Positions 27,995 through 36,649 of a stretch of DNA of 64,000 nt are shown one piece after another (the first letter of the stretch is position 1; each line of letters starts with the position of its first letter). Made by a program: the position numbers and the translations under genes. Source of the stretch: a virus; the IMG/VR virus record IMGVR_UViG_3300042311_000577, positions 58,795 to 122,794 of that record, one strand, 5' to 3'. Below the pieces are notes generated by a model that saw nothing but the letters and a program-made list of their open reading frames with translations, was not told the origin of the DNA and searched no databases.

Positions 27995-30436
27995 TTAATT
28001 TTTACAATTGCAAGTTTGACTTGTATTATTGTTGCATCCACAAGTACATTCTTTACACTTATAATTAGGATCTTTAAGAGCTTGTAAGTCTATTAGTTCT
28101 TTTTGTATTAACCATCTATCATCTTCTTCAGGGCAACAGTTAGTTATACCATATCTTTTTTCAAGAGCTAGTTTATACATTATTTCTGCAAACCTACATG
28201 TAATATTATCATATTTTTCTGGAGAACAAATTGGTGTATTATATCCAGGTTTTACAGTTCTATTGTTTTTGAATACAGGTTGTGGACAAACAAATGCTGT
28301 TGTATCAAGTTGTAAACAGTTACCAAAATATTCAGCATATAAAAATTGACCTTCTGGTAATTCTGGTAATATCCATTTCTTTAAACAAATCTTTTCAGAA
28401 GTTTCTCCTACCAGCAATGTTATTTCTTGTGTATTATTTTCACAATCAATATATTCTATAGTTTGTTCTGTTAGTGTAAGATTGGTAAGTTTAGAACATA
28501 CACATGGTAAATCAACACCACATTCACGACAACCTTCAAATTGTTCTGCTACAACTACATTAGATAATGTTTCAAATGTTCTTGTTGTCTCAATTTCCCA
28601 ACAGGTATCACAGTTTTCAATTTTTATAACACTGCCTACATAGTCTGATAAATCTGTTGTAGTAACAATATCTCCCACTTCACCTGCACAATCTGTAAGT
28701 CTGTAAAATGTAGATAAACAGTCATTACATCTTTTAAAAACATTATCAATTACAACTAATGTTTCAGATGGCGGTACATAATTAATTTGTTGTACAGTAA
28801 AACATCCACAATCGGTTTCTACAACTTGATTTACATATGCTGATAAATTTTGAGTAGTATATTGTACTTCATATATCTTTTCACAATTCTGAAGTTTATA
28901 AGCTATATATGGTTCACAAGTTTCACAAGAACTGAACTCTTGAAGTACTGTTACATCTACAGGACAATCACATGGACCAGGACATTTTTCTGTTTGAACA
29001 TTTATCCAAGGAACTTCTTGAATAACCCAACCTGTTAAATTACCATCACTAATTGTTTCTGGACAATCACCTTGAAATTTACTTTCTGCATAAGTAGTAC
29101 CAGGATTTGCACAACAGTCAATAATTGTGATAACCCAATTAGTAGAAGGATTAGTTGATGCATTCCAAATATAAAAGTCATCTGTACCAACTGTAAATTT
29201 CCATACTCCCCAACCATTATAAGTTCCTATATTAAGTGCTGTATGTTCAGTTACTGATATAAGACCAGATTGTTCTCTAGCTTCTATAGTTACAGTTATA
29301 CAATCACAGCCACTTGATATACTTTCTTCTACTTCCCAACAACCTTCATAACCTAATAATGTAATTACAGAAGATGTATTTACATATTGAGATAAAGTTT
29401 GAAGAGTAGAATAAATTATTTCCTTTGTGTCACAATTTGTTAGTTTATAACATACTGCAGGACATAAACCATCAACACATTCTTCACCTTGAATAATCTG
29501 AAATTGACCAGGTGTTCCTGAAAAAATAGGATATACTCTAGAGCAAAATTTAGTTATAGTTGCATCTTTAACTACTTCATTATCACAATTAACATACTGT
29601 AATGATTTTAAAGTACCGGTTATTTCATAACAAAGGCATGGACATGGTTCAACTGTATCTAAAACAGTAACAGTAATTATAGCATTATCACATTTACCAT
29701 CTTGTTCAATTACAAACCAGGTACCTGTCTTTTCTTCAATTTCTATATATTGCCCTACATATCCTGATAAATCAAACCATGTATTAAAATAAAGACCATC
29801 ACAGTTTACTAAAGTATAACATTGAGGATCTTCACAAGTTGGACATTCTAATTTATATTCTTCACAAGTAGCTTTACCACTATAAGATAGTACAGTATAT
29901 TGTGATTGTAATGGTATTAATGGAAGTGTGTTATATTCTTCAGGTGTTATATTAGATATTACTGATATATCATAACAGAAATTTTCAAATCCATTAGCGG
30001 GAGTTCCTGTATAGTTAATTAATCCACCACTTAAAAAACCTCCTGGTAAAGGACCTTGTGTTTCTATTACACTTTGGCCACAACAACTTGTAAAGATTAA
30101 TTTAGATAAGTCTGGATTACAGTTTATACATTCCGCACAACCATTTTCTATATCAGTAGAACTTAATGTAAATTGAGCAAATTCACTTAAACTTATACCA
30201 GGATAAGGAACTCCTGCATTACCAGGATAAGTTATTAAATAACAACTATCTGGATTAAATATTATTTGACCAGTTACAAAACCAGGACCTGTAATAATAT
30301 AAACACCTTCTTGAAAAGTATTTGGATCAAATCCTTCAATATTGTATATACCTCTATCAGATGTATCACAACAATTGACTATCTCTACATAAGGTATTGC
30401 TACTGCTGATGATATACCGGTTCCTGGAACTGCCAT
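27995..30436 (-). CDS. Cysteine-rich repeat structural protein, 813 aa
   Basis: Repeated (C/A/F)YxLxxC...LSxYV...C(W/F)xV...CxxC units. Confidence 0.65.
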   Translation of the reverse strand: MAVPGTGISSAVAIPYVEIVNCCDTSDRGIYNIEGFDPNTFQEGVYIITGPGFVTGQIIFNPDSCYLITYPGNAGVPYPGISLSEFAQFTLSSTDIENGCAECINCNPDLSKLIFTSCCGQSVIETQGPLPGGFLSGGLINYTGTPANGFENFCYDISVISNITPEEYNTLPLIPLQSQYTVLSYSGKATCEEYKLECPTCEDPQCYTLVNCDGLYFNTWFDLSGYVGQYIEIEEKTGTWFVIEQDGKCDNAIITVTVLDTVEPCPCLCYEITGTLKSLQYVNCDNEVVKDATITKFCSRVYPIFSGTPGQFQIIQGEECVDGLCPAVCYKLTNCDTKEIIYSTLQTLSQYVNTSSVITLLGYEGCWEVEESISSGCDCITVTIEAREQSGLISVTEHTALNIGTYNGWGVWKFTVGTDDFYIWNASTNPSTNWVITIIDCCANPGTTYAESKFQGDCPETISDGNLTGWVIQEVPWINVQTEKCPGPCDCPVDVTVLQEFSSCETCEPYIAYKLQNCEKIYEVQYTTQNLSAYVNQVVETDCGCFTVQQINYVPPSETLVVIDNVFKRCNDCLSTFYRLTDCAGEVGDIVTTTDLSDYVGSVIKIENCDTCWEIETTRTFETLSNVVVAEQFEGCRECGVDLPCVCSKLTNLTLTEQTIEYIDCENNTQEITLLVGETSEKICLKKWILPELPEGQFLYAEYFGNCLQLDTTAFVCPQPVFKNNRTVKPGYNTPICSPEKYDNITCRFAEIMYKLALEKRYGITNCCPEEDDRWLIQKELIDLQALKDPNYKCKECTCGCNNNTSQTCNCKN

Positions 30437-30639
30437 TATTTTACAAATTTCTGTAAGTTATTATACCTATCTTTTCCCCAAGTATCAACTTTAGGAGTTT
30501 CTTTTACAGTTGGTTTTTGTGTTTTTAATGAAGATTCATATTGTGATACACAATTATTACAAACTGTTCTTCCATTAGATGCTGTCTTTCTTTGACATCC
30601 GCAAGATAATTTTTTTCCACAATTTGGACATGCACTCAT
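30436..30639 (-). CDS. Small Cys-rich (possible zinc-binding) protein, 67 aa
   Basis: CPNCG..LSCGCQ...CNNC; AACCAACAA leader; TAATG-coupled to the next gene. Confidence 0.65.
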   Translation of the reverse strand: MSACPNCGKKLSCGCQRKTASNGRTVCNNCVSQYESSLKTQKPTVKETPKVDTWGKDRYNNLQKFVK

Positions 30640-30660
30640 AATTTGTTGGTTTTTAAGTGT

Positions 30661-31203
30661 TTAACAATTTTTACAATCTAATTTATTTAAAAGTTTAACT
30701 GCATAATTAAATAATGTCATACCTTCTTGGTTTTCATGACAAGTTTCTACTTTAGCTTCTGCAGCTTCTAAAAACATTTTTATCATATGTAACTGTTTCA
30801 GCCTTTCTTTTACTTTAGCTGGTGGATCACAATCTGATATACTTATATTACAAAGAATTTTCTCATACTGATTAAGTGCACAAGTCATTCTTAAATGATT
30901 GTACTCTACATAGACTTTACATTCTGGGTCTATTGCGTACTTAATATTATATATACCATCTGGTAAATTTACAAAACTTGAATCACAATTTTCAGTCTGA
31001 AGTCCTAAATCACATGCCGTAAGTGTAGGAGTAGAGTCTGGTACAAATGCTACTTCAGCAGTATATTTAAATCCCGGTGCTACTATGTATAGTTTAGGAT
31101 TAACTATACCCACCAATGCAGAATACACACTTGTATCAAATATCTTCATTACACAAGCATTTGATACAGTAGGGATTTCTAAACTTAATACATGATTTGC
31201 CAT
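30661..31203 (-). CDS. Probable virion structural protein, 180 aa
   Basis: LPDGIYNIKY Ig-like strand motif and a helical C-terminus; structural context. Confidence 0.55.
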   Translation of the reverse strand: MANHVLSLEIPTVSNACVMKIFDTSVYSALVGIVNPKLYIVAPGFKYTAEVAFVPDSTPTLTACDLGLQTENCDSSFVNLPDGIYNIKYAIDPECKVYVEYNHLRMTCALNQYEKILCNISISDCDPPAKVKERLKQLHMIKMFLEAAEAKVETCHENQEGMTLFNYAVKLLNKLDCKNC

Positions 31204-31214
31204 AAGATAATAAT

Positions 31215-31254
31215 AAAAAAAGGAGAGGAGAAATTATTATCTCACTCTCCTTTT
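31215..31254 (-). terminator. Intrinsic terminator
   Basis: AAAAGGAGAG...CTCTCCTTTT inverted repeat downstream of the 461-aa gene. Confidence 0.7.
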
Positions 31255-31274
31255 GAGTTGTTTATAATTTAATA

Positions 31275-32660
31275 TTAATCTGCTACGGTATCACCTGGGA
31301 AAGGTACAATTGGATCTGCACAGTTATTACCTGATACAGTTGGTTTTGCAGTACATGTAGTACATGTATCTAACCAATTATTTATTGCAGCCCATACACC
31401 AGTTGGACTACTAATATCACCTTGTTTAACAATAAGTTCTACTAAGTATTGATCATTGTCAAATGTTCCAGATGGGTTATAGAAACGTGGTACATTATGT
31501 AGTAAATAAATTCTATCATAAAGTTTATTTCTCTCAATAAAACCATTACATCCTACAATTGCATCTCCTTGAGTAATTTCACGAATCCTGAAGTCAGTTG
31601 CAAAGAAGTTTTGTCTGTAAGATTCTGACAAGATAAAATCTCTTGCTACGGTTTCCCCAACTCCGTTAGCCTGTAAACCATAACATTCAACACCTACACA
31701 AAGTGTTTGGAATTCACATGGTGCACCTGTTAAATCTACTTCAGATGCATAGATTCTTACTGGCTCTAATTCATAGAAGTCAGAAACTTGGAATGTACAA
31801 TTACCAAATTTAGTTTCTTCATAAGCACCTGTTAAAGTAAATCCTGCACACATATCTGCTGTATATGCTTCTTCTGACCATGCAGAATAATTTTCATATG
31901 TTACAGTTAGTGGAGGTATTGGTAATGTACCTAAGTCAACATTATCTGGATAATAGTATGTCCAAGTAGCACCATTGTCATTAGAGAATGTTACAATTGG
32001 ATATACAAATGGATTGATGATTGGAGAATTCAAAATTTGATTTGCCCAAGCAAAATATACTTTACGTGGATCTACTGGTACTGGAGCAATAGCCGGATCA
32101 TCTGGAGAATCTGGACAACATCCGGTATATCCCTCAAGAGTCAAGTATGCATTGTGATTTAAATATCTTAATGCTGGAGAACCTTTAACATCTAAACGTA
32201 GATAGTAAGTTTCACCACATAAAAATTCTTTACAACATGTCCCAGCAGTTTCACCTGGATTAGAACTTGATGGTGGATTAAGAACATTCCAAGGAGTGTA
32301 TCCAACATTAGTTACATACTTAGAAGGTGTATTAGCCTCAACATACCAATACTTACTCACATACTGAGGTTTGATAGTTTTAGTTTTGTTAGACTCTTGG
32401 TATCCTCCATGAAACTTACCAATTTTATCTTTTGGATAAATTGAACCTGATGCAACAATAACACTACAACATGGATCAGTATCCGGTGCTGGCGCAACTT
32501 CAAAGTTGTCAGGATTAATAAATGTAATTTGAGCTGCTCCCAACTCATTATAAGTTGTAGCTCCTGGTGCAGTTGGAGTACCTAACTGAACACCATCTAA
32601 ATCAGAAACCCCTCCTGTTGCCAAAAGGACTTTTCTAAAAGCGTGATTAAAATAAGCCAT
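31275..32660 (-). CDS. Probable abundant virion structural protein, 461 aa
   Basis: Has its own promoter-like motif (~32695) and terminator, suggesting high expression; located in the head/tail module. Confidence 0.55.
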   Translation of the reverse strand: MAYFNHAFRKVLLATGGVSDLDGVQLGTPTAPGATTYNELGAAQITFINPDNFEVAPAPDTDPCCSVIVASGSIYPKDKIGKFHGGYQESNKTKTIKPQYVSKYWYVEANTPSKYVTNVGYTPWNVLNPPSSSNPGETAGTCCKEFLCGETYYLRLDVKGSPALRYLNHNAYLTLEGYTGCCPDSPDDPAIAPVPVDPRKVYFAWANQILNSPIINPFVYPIVTFSNDNGATWTYYYPDNVDLGTLPIPPLTVTYENYSAWSEEAYTADMCAGFTLTGAYEETKFGNCTFQVSDFYELEPVRIYASEVDLTGAPCEFQTLCVGVECYGLQANGVGETVARDFILSESYRQNFFATDFRIREITQGDAIVGCNGFIERNKLYDRIYLLHNVPRFYNPSGTFDNDQYLVELIVKQGDISSPTGVWAAINNWLDTCTTCTAKPTVSGNNCADPIVPFPGDTVAD

Positions 32661-32725
32661 TGTTTTTTGTTTTAGTTAATAAATATATATAGTATAATAT
32701 AATCAAAAGTTTTTAAATATCCAAA

Positions 32726-33244
32726 TTATTTTAAGAAAAGTAATTTATATTTAGTAGAATTAATTGAATCTTTTACTAAATCTAAGTTATTTACTATTTC
32801 TGAATAAGGTAACATACCTTGTAGTTTATTTACCATAGCATAAATATCTCTTAGGTAAGCCACACCATCTGCTACAGTATCTAAGGTTCTTGGAGAGACT
32901 TCAGAATACTTTAATATTTTTTCTGCAGCTCCTTGATATCCTTCAATAAGACTATCAGCAAAATCTGGTAAAGCATCATATAATTTATTAAGAGCTTTGT
33001 GAGCTGCATAAGAACCATCACCTGTTACTTTAAGATGTAGCTTATGAAAACTTGTTCTTGCATTCATAAGTTCTGAAACACATGCAGATACCATAGTATC
33101 TAATGAACTACCACCAACTCCTGTATCTGGAGTAGGTTGTGGTTTAGCTGGTTCTTCTTTTGGTTGAGTTACTATAACCTGTGGTCTGCTTATTGTTCTA
33201 GCAGGCTCAGGGTTTCTTTTTAAAAGTCTTGATTTTGTTTCCAT
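32726..33244 (-). CDS. Ferritin/Dps-like protein (DUF5856-like), 172 aa
   Basis: HKLHL...SYAAHKALNKLYD...DSLIEGYQG...YKLLFL four-helix-bundle signature. Confidence 0.75.
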   Translation of the reverse strand: METKSRLLKRNPEPARTISRPQVIVTQPKEEPAKPQPTPDTGVGGSSLDTMVSACVSELMNARTSFHKLHLKVTGDGSYAAHKALNKLYDALPDFADSLIEGYQGAAEKILKYSEVSPRTLDTVADGVAYLRDIYAMVNKLQGMLPYSEIVNNLDLVKDSINSTKYKLLFLK

Positions 33245-33246
33245 AA

Positions 33247-33945
33247 TTAGTTATTTCTTTCAGCACCTTCTGTACCTCTAGAGAATTGATTACCTGATTC
33301 AATATCTCCAGCAATTATACTAGCTGCTTCATCTATTAATAATTCTATTATATCATCTTTAAATTCACATTCTATATTTGCTGTTGAAGCAAGATTGGTA
33401 TAAGGATCTACACAACCATCTATTTGTATCTTAATGGGCTGTCTATAGTAGATAAGCTCAGCTTCATCAATGTTAAATTCTCCGTTTGTGTAGATATTTA
33501 CTTGACCTCCTTTTAATGTTGCAAAAGTTTCTGCCCATTCAAAACTTGGTTGTTTTGCTTTATCTCTAAGAAGTTCTCTTAAGTTGCCTTCTTCAGCAAG
33601 ATATACCATCATAGGTCTTTTATCACAACAACCCTTTCTAGTTAGAACATCAACTCTTTTCCATTGCAAATAGTCATTAGGAAGAGAACTTGTATAATAA
33701 TATTCTTTATCTGCTATAGTTAAATCAAATGTCTGAAGTAAAATTTGTAAATCATCCTTTCTTCTTGTTGAACCCTCATCACCTTCTTTAGTAATATTAA
33801 TACCATGAAGTTGTCTACGGGTCCATTCAACCTGAGCTTTATTAAAAGCCTCAACAATTTGCCAGCAAGTTATATTATCATAATCTTGACTGTCAAGCTT
33901 ATTAAGTCTTTGTTTTATCTTTATAGTGATAGTACTATTAAGCAT
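33247..33945 (-). CDS. Probable head-tail connector/ring protein, 232 aa
   Basis: LNKLDSQ...FNKAQ...YYRQP...ELLIDEA pattern; located downstream of the capsid module. Confidence 0.55.
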   Translation of the reverse strand: MLNSTITIKIKQRLNKLDSQDYDNITCWQIVEAFNKAQVEWTRRQLHGINITKEGDEGSTRRKDDLQILLQTFDLTIADKEYYYTSSLPNDYLQWKRVDVLTRKGCCDKRPMMVYLAEEGNLRELLRDKAKQPSFEWAETFATLKGGQVNIYTNGEFNIDEAELIYYRQPIKIQIDGCVDPYTNLASTANIECEFKDDIIELLIDEAASIIAGDIESGNQFSRGTEGAERNN

Positions 33946-33948
33946 CTC

Positions 33949-34074
33949 TTATTTTTTTTTCTTTTTAAGAATTCTTGTAAGAACATCAGCTCTTGTAATT
34001 TTATTTTTAGGAGGTGCTACTGCAGCTAATTTAGCATTTTTAGTAGTACTTTTTGATGTGTTACTTTTTTTCAT
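33949..34074 (-). CDS. Tiny Lys-rich protein (~41 aa)
   Basis: Likely start is the ATG at 34074 (MKKSNTSK...), right after the previous stop; ends KKKKK. Confidence 0.55.
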   Translation of the reverse strand: MKKSNTSKSTTKNAKLAAVAPPKNKITRADVLTRILKKKKK

Positions 34075-34075
34075 T

Positions 34076-34270
34076 TTATCCTCTTTTAATATTTTTCCAC
34101 ATTGCAGCGGCAGCAATTCTTTTACCTTTTTCACCACCACCTGCGGCAGCAGCTACATCAGCAAAACTTTTACCTTTCTTACCAATATCTTTTCCAGCTC
34201 TTGCTTTTTTAGCAACTGATGACTTTTCTTTTTTTGTTAGTCCAGCTGAAGGTTTCTTTTTAGTTGCCAT
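34076..34270 (-). CDS. Small Lys/Ala-rich basic protein, 64 aa
   Basis: Tightly packed ORF ending GKRIAAAAMWK. Confidence 0.7.
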   Translation of the reverse strand: MATKKKPSAGLTKKEKSSVAKKARAGKDIGKKGKSFADVAAAAGGGEKGKRIAAAAMWKNIKRG

Positions 34271-34272
34271 GA

Positions 34273-34500
34273 CTATCCTCCGTATAAAGGTCTTTCACCA
34301 CACTTACCATTAGATAGTCTTGCTAATCCAGGAGGGCATCCAGTTTTTACTGCTTCTACCATACTTGGTTTAGCTCCACCTTCTTTCATTTGCATTGGAT
34401 TAGTAGTAGCATTATATCCAGGCATACCAACAATAGTTTGTCCACCATTTTTCATTTTTTTCATGGCACCACCACATTTAGCGCAACCTAACTTTTTCAT
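34273..34500 (-). CDS. Small basic protein with xxxGG motifs, 75 aa
   Basis: Contains AKCGG, MKNGG, MKEGG and PLYGG. Confidence 0.7.
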   Translation of the reverse strand: MKKLGCAKCGGAMKKMKNGGQTIVGMPGYNATTNPMQMKEGGAKPSMVEAVKTGCPPGLARLSNGKCGERPLYGG

Positions 34501-34502
34501 AA

Positions 34503-34844
34503 TTATTTCTTTTTAGATTTAACAACACCACCTCTTTTTTGAGTTTTTAATTTATTCTCAAGACCTTTTGTAAATTTTGCGGCAGGTGTATTTTGAGCAG
34601 CTTCTTCTGCTTTTTTAGCAGCAGCTTTTTCTGCAGATTTTTTTGAAGCATCCTTAAATAATTTATTACCTAATGCAGCAATACCTGTAGAAAGAAGTCT
34701 ACCAGCCCATTTTGCACCACCACAATATACACAACCATGACTATTAGGATTACCATCAGGACAATAGTTTGGTGGACATTTTTTTGCACCACCTTCTTTC
34801 ATTTTTGCAACTGACTTAACAGTTTTTTTATTTGTTGTTTTCAT
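34503..34844 (-). CDS. Small basic protein with xxxGG motifs, 113 aa
   Basis: Contains MKEGG and QKRGG; Lys/Ala-rich. Confidence 0.7.
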   Translation of the reverse strand: MKTTNKKTVKSVAKMKEGGAKKCPPNYCPDGNPNSHGCVYCGGAKWAGRLLSTGIAALGNKLFKDASKKSAEKAAAKKAEEAAQNTPAAKFTKGLENKLKTQKRGGVVKSKKK

Positions 34845-34855
34845 TGTATATTAAA

Positions 34856-35137
34856 TTAACAGTTCCACTTTCTTAAAGACTTATTGATCCTTGAATCAGG
34901 ATCATTAGCTGTCTTAGAGCTTGTTAGTTTTTTCTTCATCCCACTCATCCTAGCACAAAAAGATTTTCTTCTTTTAGCAGACTTACTATCTGGATCAAGT
35001 TTAGAAGGTTTTGTAGTTACAGCTGTCTTAAGTTTACTACCAGGATTAGCTGCTCTATAACTTGCCACTCCTTTAGCATTAAGACCTCCTTCTGAATTCT
35101 TACCTTCTTTTCTTTGCCATGCTGGAGACTTTGCCAT
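34856..35137 (-). CDS. Small basic phage protein (DUF6321-like), 93 aa
   Basis: AWQRKEGKN..GGLNAKG...RRKSFCARM...SRINKSLRKWNC. Confidence 0.7.
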   Translation of the reverse strand: MAKSPAWQRKEGKNSEGGLNAKGVASYRAANPGSKLKTAVTTKPSKLDPDSKSAKRRKSFCARMSGMKKKLTSSKTANDPDSRINKSLRKWNC

Positions 35138-35139
35138 AA

Positions 35140-35367
35140 TTACTTACTGAAGTTTTTTAAAACATTCATTTGTTCTTTAGCAAGATTTTGCACATCTCTC
35201 ATTCTTTTAGCATCCTGTCTAATTTCCTCTGCTCTTTTTAATGCATTCAAGTCAGATTCAATTTCCCATTTTCTCATTTCTGCCTTTGCAGGTCCTGAAA
35301 TAGAAATACCAAGTGAAGATGATTTCTTGGCTGGTGCTTTTTTAGTTGTTGTTTTTTTAATTGCCAT
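35140..35367 (-). CDS. Small basic protein, 75 aa
   Basis: Tightly packed ORF with a Lys-rich N-terminus. Confidence 0.65.
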   Translation of the reverse strand: MAIKKTTTKKAPAKKSSSLGISISGPAKAEMRKWEIESDLNALKRAEEIRQDAKRMRDVQNLAKEQMNVLKNFSK

Positions 35368-35543
35368 TACTTTTTCTTTTTAGTAGTTGCTTTAATTTTC
35401 TTTTCCTGCTTAAGCATTTCATCAGTAGGTTTCTTACCAGATTTACCAGCAGCCTTATTTTTTTTAGCAGCATTACGGATGTTATCCCAGAGACCTCTCT
35501 GGGACACACTACCGTCTTTTCTTTTTAGCATTTCTTTTGCCAT
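35367..35543 (-). CDS. Small basic protein (~58 aa)
   Basis: Likely start is the ATG at 35543 (TAATG overlap with the upstream stop); GLWDNIR motif. Confidence 0.65.
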   Translation of the reverse strand: MAKEMLKRKDGSVSQRGLWDNIRNAAKKNKAAGKSGKKPTDEMLKQEKKIKATTKKKK

Positions 35544-36565
35544 TAAGTATTCCAATATTTTTCACAAGCTTGGTTAAGATCCTTTAAAAGATCCTCATGT
35601 AAAGGATTTTTTAAGTGTTCTATAACATCAGATACATTTCTACCTAGTAAGCTATTTGACTTAGCATGGTAGATATATCCATCAGGCTTATTAATAATAT
35701 ACTTAAAAAAACTGGAATCACGTACAATTGATTTAATTTTTAGTGTTTCCATATCTAAATTAACTGCATCAATAAATGTTTTTGCTGCTCTTTCTTTGTT
35801 AGATTCAGCACCATCTCCTGAAATATATCTATCCATATTTTCATAGATAACATCCAATGGTGTTGATTTTCTATACTGTGTAGAGTTTGCATCAACTACT
35901 TTAGCAATGTAAAATAATTTAGTACTGTTTTTATCATATAATTTTTGTAATTCTGAGTAAGCTTTGTTTCTGATTTTTTTGTATTCAGTTCTTACCATTA
36001 CAGTTTCTTCTTCTTTATCTAAATAAAATTTAGGTGGAACAGCTTTAGATCTTGCATCATCATAACTTTTTGATATCATTGCAAATCCTCCTGCTTCAAT
36101 AGCATGAAGTTTAATTCTATCAAATGGTTTAAGAGGATCAAGATATACTGGTTCATTACCACATGACATTTCTATTTTATTCCAAAATTCTGAATTGTCA
36201 GGTTTAAGTAATTTTACTTTGTTCCAAAAATCTTTATCATCAACATCAATAATATTTGCAGCTAACTCTTTTTCTAATTCAGCAATTGAAGTTCTAATTT
36301 CTCTTATTCTTGCTTCTTTAAGTTCTGGATCTAAAAGTTTAATTTCAGGAGCAAATTCATTTAATCCTGTGATATATCTTATGACACCATTATTCTCTAA
36401 ACAAGCAAGTTGCTCATTATGAGTTACTCCGTCAAAAAGACTCATACCATATTCTTCTAACCCCATGTTAGTAGCTTGTTTGTCAAAGTAAGGTCTAACA
36501 GCAATTGATGTTTTTTTGATGCTGCCTACTCCTACTTCAACCATTGTAAAATCTGTTGTTTCCAT
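35543..36565 (-). CDS. Conserved capsid-module protein downstream of MCP, 340 aa
   Basis: Position directly after MCP as in crAss-like phages; double AACCAACAA leader. Confidence 0.6.
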   Translation of the reverse strand: METTDFTMVEVGVGSIKKTSIAVRPYFDKQATNMGLEEYGMSLFDGVTHNEQLACLENNGVIRYITGLNEFAPEIKLLDPELKEARIREIRTSIAELEKELAANIIDVDDKDFWNKVKLLKPDNSEFWNKIEMSCGNEPVYLDPLKPFDRIKLHAIEAGGFAMISKSYDDARSKAVPPKFYLDKEEETVMVRTEYKKIRNKAYSELQKLYDKNSTKLFYIAKVVDANSTQYRKSTPLDVIYENMDRYISGDGAESNKERAAKTFIDAVNLDMETLKIKSIVRDSSFFKYIINKPDGYIYHAKSNSLLGRNVSDVIEHLKNPLHEDLLKDLNQACEKYWNT

Positions 36566-36603
36566 TTTGTTGGTTTTTATTTGTTGGTTATTAAATCTTA
36601 AGT

Positions 36604-36637
36604 AAAAAGGGAGGAGTTACCCCCTCCCTGTTTTTTT
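36604..36637 (-). terminator. Intrinsic terminator after the major capsid gene
   Basis: AGGGAGG...CCTCCCT stem flanked by an A-run and a T-run. Confidence 0.75.
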
Positions 36638-36649
36638 ATATAGAGTAGA

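Noticed and set aside
24203-30436. Diversity-generating retroelement target in the fibre genes
   Set aside because: No reverse transcriptase in the window, and no adenine-variant repeat pair was noticed.
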